From: a virus
Lineage: Duplodnaviria; Caudoviricetes
Reading direction: 5' to 3' (one strand)
Virus record (IMG/VR): IMGVR_UViG_3300021184_000030
Coordinates: 1-36,109 of that record
DNA: 36,109 nucleotides
Shown here: one piece after another, positions 33,126 through 36,109 of the stretch
Layout: each line of letters begins with the position of its first letter
Position numbering within the stretch: position 1 is the first letter of the stretch
The notes under the pieces: generated by a model
Told to the model about the DNA's origin: nothing
Seen by the model: only the letters and a program-made list of their open reading frames with translations
Databases searched by the model: none
Position numbers and translations under genes: made by a program

Positions 33126-33503
33126 ATGCCCAGAGGCTCAAGGACGAGCCCGGAGTACTCGCAACGAGAGTGGCGGATCAACCTCTATCGGTGGGCCCGC
33201 CGGCGTGCCAAGGATCGCGGCATTCCCTTCTCCCTCACGTACGAGGACCTCGAAGCCATCATTGACCGCGCCGCTGGACGCTGCGAGGTCACCGGCATCG
33301 CATTCTCCTTTAGAAAGCCCAAGAAAGGCCGCACCCGGCCGTGGGCGCCGTCCCTTGATCGACGGAATTCAGACCTCGGCTATACCAAGCGGAACGTCCG
33401 GCTGGTTTGCACGGCGGCGAACTACGCCATGTGCGATTGGGGAGACCAGGTGCTCAAGCGGATCGCCGCGGCGATGCGCAAATGCGCTTGTGGAGGAACT
33501 TGA
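33126..33503 (+). CDS. HNH-like (beta-beta-alpha-Me) endonuclease
   Basis: AAGGAGG RBS; GRCEVTG...PSLDRRNSDLGY...NVRLVC..AN. Confidence 0.8.
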   Translation: MPRGSRTSPEYSQREWRINLYRWARRRAKDRGIPFSLTYEDLEAIIDRAAGRCEVTGIAFSFRKPKKGRTRPWAPSLDRRNSDLGYTKRNVRLVCTAANYAMCDWGDQVLKRIAAAMRKCACGGT

Positions 33504-33518
33504 TTCCAAGGGGTCACC

Positions 33519-33731
33519 ATGGTGACCGCCGCACAGTATCTCCTCTGGTTTTGTTTTGGTGTCGGCGCCCTACTGGTGGCTGGCATTCTCACAGCCATAA
33601 CCGCCGGAGTATGGAAGCACTTCGCCTGGGAAGGCCTGAAGACCATCTACAAGCTGGAGTGCCTGCGGTACTACATGCATCTGGCGGAACGCCGGGGACG
33701 ACTAGTGAGGAGGGCGCATGGGCCAAACTAA
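33519..33731 (+). CDS. Small membrane protein
   Basis: One strong TM helix. Confidence 0.6.
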   Translation: MVTAAQYLLWFCFGVGALLVAGILTAITAGVWKHFAWEGLKTIYKLECLRYYMHLAERRGRLVRRAHGPN

Positions 33732-33942
33732 AAAGGACAGCCTCGTCGAAAGCCTGACCAACGTCCTCGTTGGCTTTGGCGTTGCCCTGGTCTCACAGCT
33801 CCTGATCTTCCCTTTGTACGGTATTCATGTCGCCCTGTCGACGAACCTGCAGATCGTTGGGTGGTTCACGGCGATCTCGATTCTCCGCGGCTATGCGCTG
33901 CGGAGGTGGTTTAACCGAAAAATGTTGAGGGCAACGATATGA
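33718..33942 (+). CDS. Conserved-type phage two-TM membrane protein
   Basis: QTKKDSLVESLTNVLVGF...RGYALRRWFN. Confidence 0.75.
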   Translation: MGQTKKDSLVESLTNVLVGFGVALVSQLLIFPLYGIHVALSTNLQIVGWFTAISILRGYALRRWFNRKMLRATI

Positions 33943-34151
33943 AAATTTACGTGCTCGTACAGAAACGAGGGAAAACCTATGGGCACGGCGATTTCGGCGA
34001 GTCGTACCGATTGGCAATGGTCGGCGCTTACGACACGCCTCCTCCGCACCCAGCCTTTCACAGCCGAAAGGACGCGGAAGACTACTTAGCCGGCCTGGGG
34101 GCGTCACGGGTTGATCGTGATGGAAATGGACTTGATGCCCCCACTCGATGA
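33939..34151 (+). CDS. Hypothetical protein
   Basis: ATGA coupling to the previous gene. Confidence 0.55.
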   Translation: MKIYVLVQKRGKTYGHGDFGESYRLAMVGAYDTPPPHPAFHSRKDAEDYLAGLGASRVDRDGNGLDAPTR

Positions 34152-34178
34152 GGCATAGTTACCAACCCCTTTGGAGAC
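34152..34178 (+). promoter_or_regulatory. xis leader with two sRNA-complementary elements
   Basis: GGCATAGTTA (34152-61) and ACCCCTTTGGAGAC (34165-78) are exact reverse complements of 26818-27 and 26790-803. Confidence 0.75.
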
Positions 34179-34181
34179 ACC

Positions 34182-34577
34182 ATGGCCCACTTATCCTTCC
34201 CGCCGCGATTCATGCGGATCGAGCAAGCGTGCTACTACCTTGCCGTCAACAAAGTCTACTTCAACGAGGATATCAGGCCCCATCTAACGGAGATCCGTGT
34301 GGGGCAGATCGGCGTCCGGTTCGACATTCTTGAGCTGGATCGATTCGCTGATAAACTCAAGGAGCGCAACGGTCGGCCTCCTGAAGCTGCAAATGATGAA
34401 GGAGACGACAAATGTCAAAGAGAAAAACCCCAGGCCTCGTCCTCCGCGGCGGCGTCTGGCACATACAGAAAGTTGTCAAAGGAGTCGGACGACTTAGAGA
34501 AAGCACTGGCGAGCGCGAGATTGAGAGGGCGGAAGCGTACCTCGCAAGGCGGCTCGCCGAAATCGAACGTCAGGTAG
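34182..34577 (+). CDS. xis: Excisionase-like winged-helix protein
   Basis: PRFMRIEQACYYLAV...GVRFDILELDRF; directly upstream of and overlapping the integrase. Confidence 0.75.
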   Translation: MAHLSFPPRFMRIEQACYYLAVNKVYFNEDIRPHLTEIRVGQIGVRFDILELDRFADKLKERNGRPPEAANDEGDDKCQREKPQASSSAAASGTYRKLSKESDDLEKALASARLRGRKRTSQGGSPKSNVR

Positions 34578-35506
34578 TCCACGGCGCTCGCCCCGCACGG
34601 ACATGGGCGCAAGCCGCGGCCAAATACCTGAATGAGGCTAGGAAGAAAAGCATCGATCGGGATGCCGCCTCGATCACGTTGTTAAAGGAGTATCTGGAGA
34701 ACGTCCCTTTGGAGCAAGTGCACATGGGATCTTTGTCCAAGTTCATCAAGGACCGGCAGGCGGCCGGGACTGCCGCTGGCACGATCAACCGGGATCTCGC
34801 CGTCGTCAGGAATATCCTGAACCTGGCGGCAGGTCTCTGGCACGACGAGCTGACCGGCAAGACCTGGCTGGAAACCGCGCCGATGATCATCGGGGTGAAA
34901 GGCCCGAAACGGAAGCCATACCCCTTGTCCTGGGAAGAGCAGGGCCGCCTCTTCAAGCTGTTGCCGGAGTACCTGGCGAACATGGCCTTGTTCGCCGTGA
35001 ACACCGGATGCCGGGAGCGGGAGATCTGTCAGCTTCGCTGGGAGTGGGAGGAAAAGCTCCCAGCTTTAGGGACCTCCGTCTTCATCTTGCCGGAGTGGGT
35101 CGTCAAAGGGCAAGAAGGGAAGACGGTGGAACGGATCGTCCCTTTAAACAAGGTGGCGAAGTCAGTGATCGAAGGGCAGCGCGGGGGTCATCCCGAATGG
35201 GTCTTTCCGTATAAAGGGAAACCTCTGGACCGGATGAACAACCGGGCCTGGCGAGCCGCCCGGAAGGAAGCCGGGCTGGAGCAAGTCAGGGTTCACGACC
35301 TCCGGCACACCTTCGGCCGGCGGCTCCGGGCGACCGAGGTGAGTCTCGAGGATCGTCAGGATCTCCTGGGGCATGTGTCAGGGCGGATCACAACCCATTA
35401 CTCGACGGCGGAGATTCGGAATCTGATCGACGCGGTCGAGAAACTGTGTGAGCGGGATCGGGCGCCGGAGCTGACGCTGATCAATTTGAATAGGAGGAGA
35501 GGATAA
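34412..35506 (+). CDS. int: Tyrosine integrase
   Basis: TGCREREI (R), VK (K), HDLRH, LLGH, TTHY catalytic residues; N-terminal arm-binding domain. Confidence 0.95.
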   Translation: MSKRKTPGLVLRGGVWHIQKVVKGVGRLRESTGEREIERAEAYLARRLAEIERQVVHGARPARTWAQAAAKYLNEARKKSIDRDAASITLLKEYLENVPLEQVHMGSLSKFIKDRQAAGTAAGTINRDLAVVRNILNLAAGLWHDELTGKTWLETAPMIIGVKGPKRKPYPLSWEEQGRLFKLLPEYLANMALFAVNTGCREREICQLRWEWEEKLPALGTSVFILPEWVVKGQEGKTVERIVPLNKVAKSVIEGQRGGHPEWVFPYKGKPLDRMNNRAWRAARKEAGLEQVRVHDLRHTFGRRLRATEVSLEDRQDLLGHVSGRITTHYSTAEIRNLIDAVEKLCERDRAPELTLINLNRRRG

Positions 35507-35507
35507 T

Positions 35508-36109
35508 ATGGCAAAAACTCGGGGATTGATTCAGAGGAATGGCGTTTGGCATGTTCAAAAGGTCATAGGCGGCCGAAGGGTTCGTCAGTCTCTGAAAACA
35601 AGAGATGTGGCTGAGGCCTCACAGCTGGTAGGCGTTTGGAAGCCAAAGCACGAAAGAAGGAGCAAGTTAAAGAGTTTGGTCCAGCCCTCCGACAACACCT
35701 GAGGGACCAGTTGATTGAAATGGAAATCAGTGACAACTGGGTAGACGAAGTGGGGCGAGTTATCAGCGATAGCCACTCCTGGCTGAGTCGAATACATAGG
35801 AGAGTAAGGAACAGCGATAAAGGCTGTAGCTTGACCAAGGAGGATCTTGTCTTGCTGGCTTTAGGAAGTAAAGGGCGCTGTGCAGTGACAGGAATCCCAT
35901 TCTCTTTCGAAACCTATGAGGGGGCAAAGCTGAGACCGTTCTCACCAAGCATCGATCGAATCCGTTGTTCAGACGGTTACCATCTGGATAACGTAAGGCT
36001 GGTGTGTCTGGTGGTGAATGTGTCCCTGAACGCTTGGGGAGAGGCTGTCTTAAAAAGAGTGGGAGCCGCCATGCTGATTCGCGACATCTATGGCGACTCC
36101 GGACTTTAA
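35508..36109 (+). pseudogene. Integrase-arm-like DNA-binding domain plus HNH-like nuclease, split by an apparent -1 frameshift (ORFs 35508-35702 and 35636-36109)
   Basis: N-terminal part resembles the integrase N-terminus (GL..R.GVWH.QKV); C-terminal part is paralogous to 33126-33503; the second ORF has only a TTG start and no clear RBS. Confidence 0.6.

Larger units (their letters stand above)
1..36109. mobile_element. Temperate siphophage/prophage segment (morphogenesis operon on -, nucleotide metabolism + xis/int on +); possibly defective
   Basis: Terminase, S49 protease, capsid, tape measure, tail genes, nrdB, thyX and tyrosine integrase in typical phage synteny. No att site, repressor, endolysin or replication genes are visible in the window. 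Confidence 0.95.

Overview
The window is part of a temperate, lambda-like siphophage or prophage genome with high GC. Positions 1-~28630 (minus strand) are a virion morphogenesis operon: GpA-type terminase, portal, S49 protease with a nested scaffold, decoration protein, major capsid, an accessory fibre/envelope block of about 5.8 kb, head-tail connectors, tail tube, chaperone, an 1840-aa tape measure and tail-tip/receptor-binding genes. Positions ~28630-36109 (plus strand) hold small early/middle genes, nrdB, thyX, two HNH-like paralogues, xis and a tyrosine integrase. The most striking signal is in the terminase-portal intergenic gap. A plus-strand sigma70-like promoter precedes a ~120-nt cloverleaf-like RNA ending in CCA. 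Three segments of this RNA are complementary to an extended ribosome-binding motif (ACCCTTTGGAGA) and adjacent elements upstream of xis, nrdB, thyX and other plus-strand genes. This suggests a trans-acting, multi-target antisense RNA of the P1 C4 / P4 CI type. Other points: a head-to-head junction of an apparently 5'-truncated terminase and a 5'-truncated dNMP kinase (large deletion or inversion), two apparent 1-nt frameshifts, a probable templated fibre module whose candidate subunit carries a Sec signal peptide, and an integrase-arm-like domain probably fused to an HNH domain. All functional calls come from motifs and synteny read by eye; no database searches were run.
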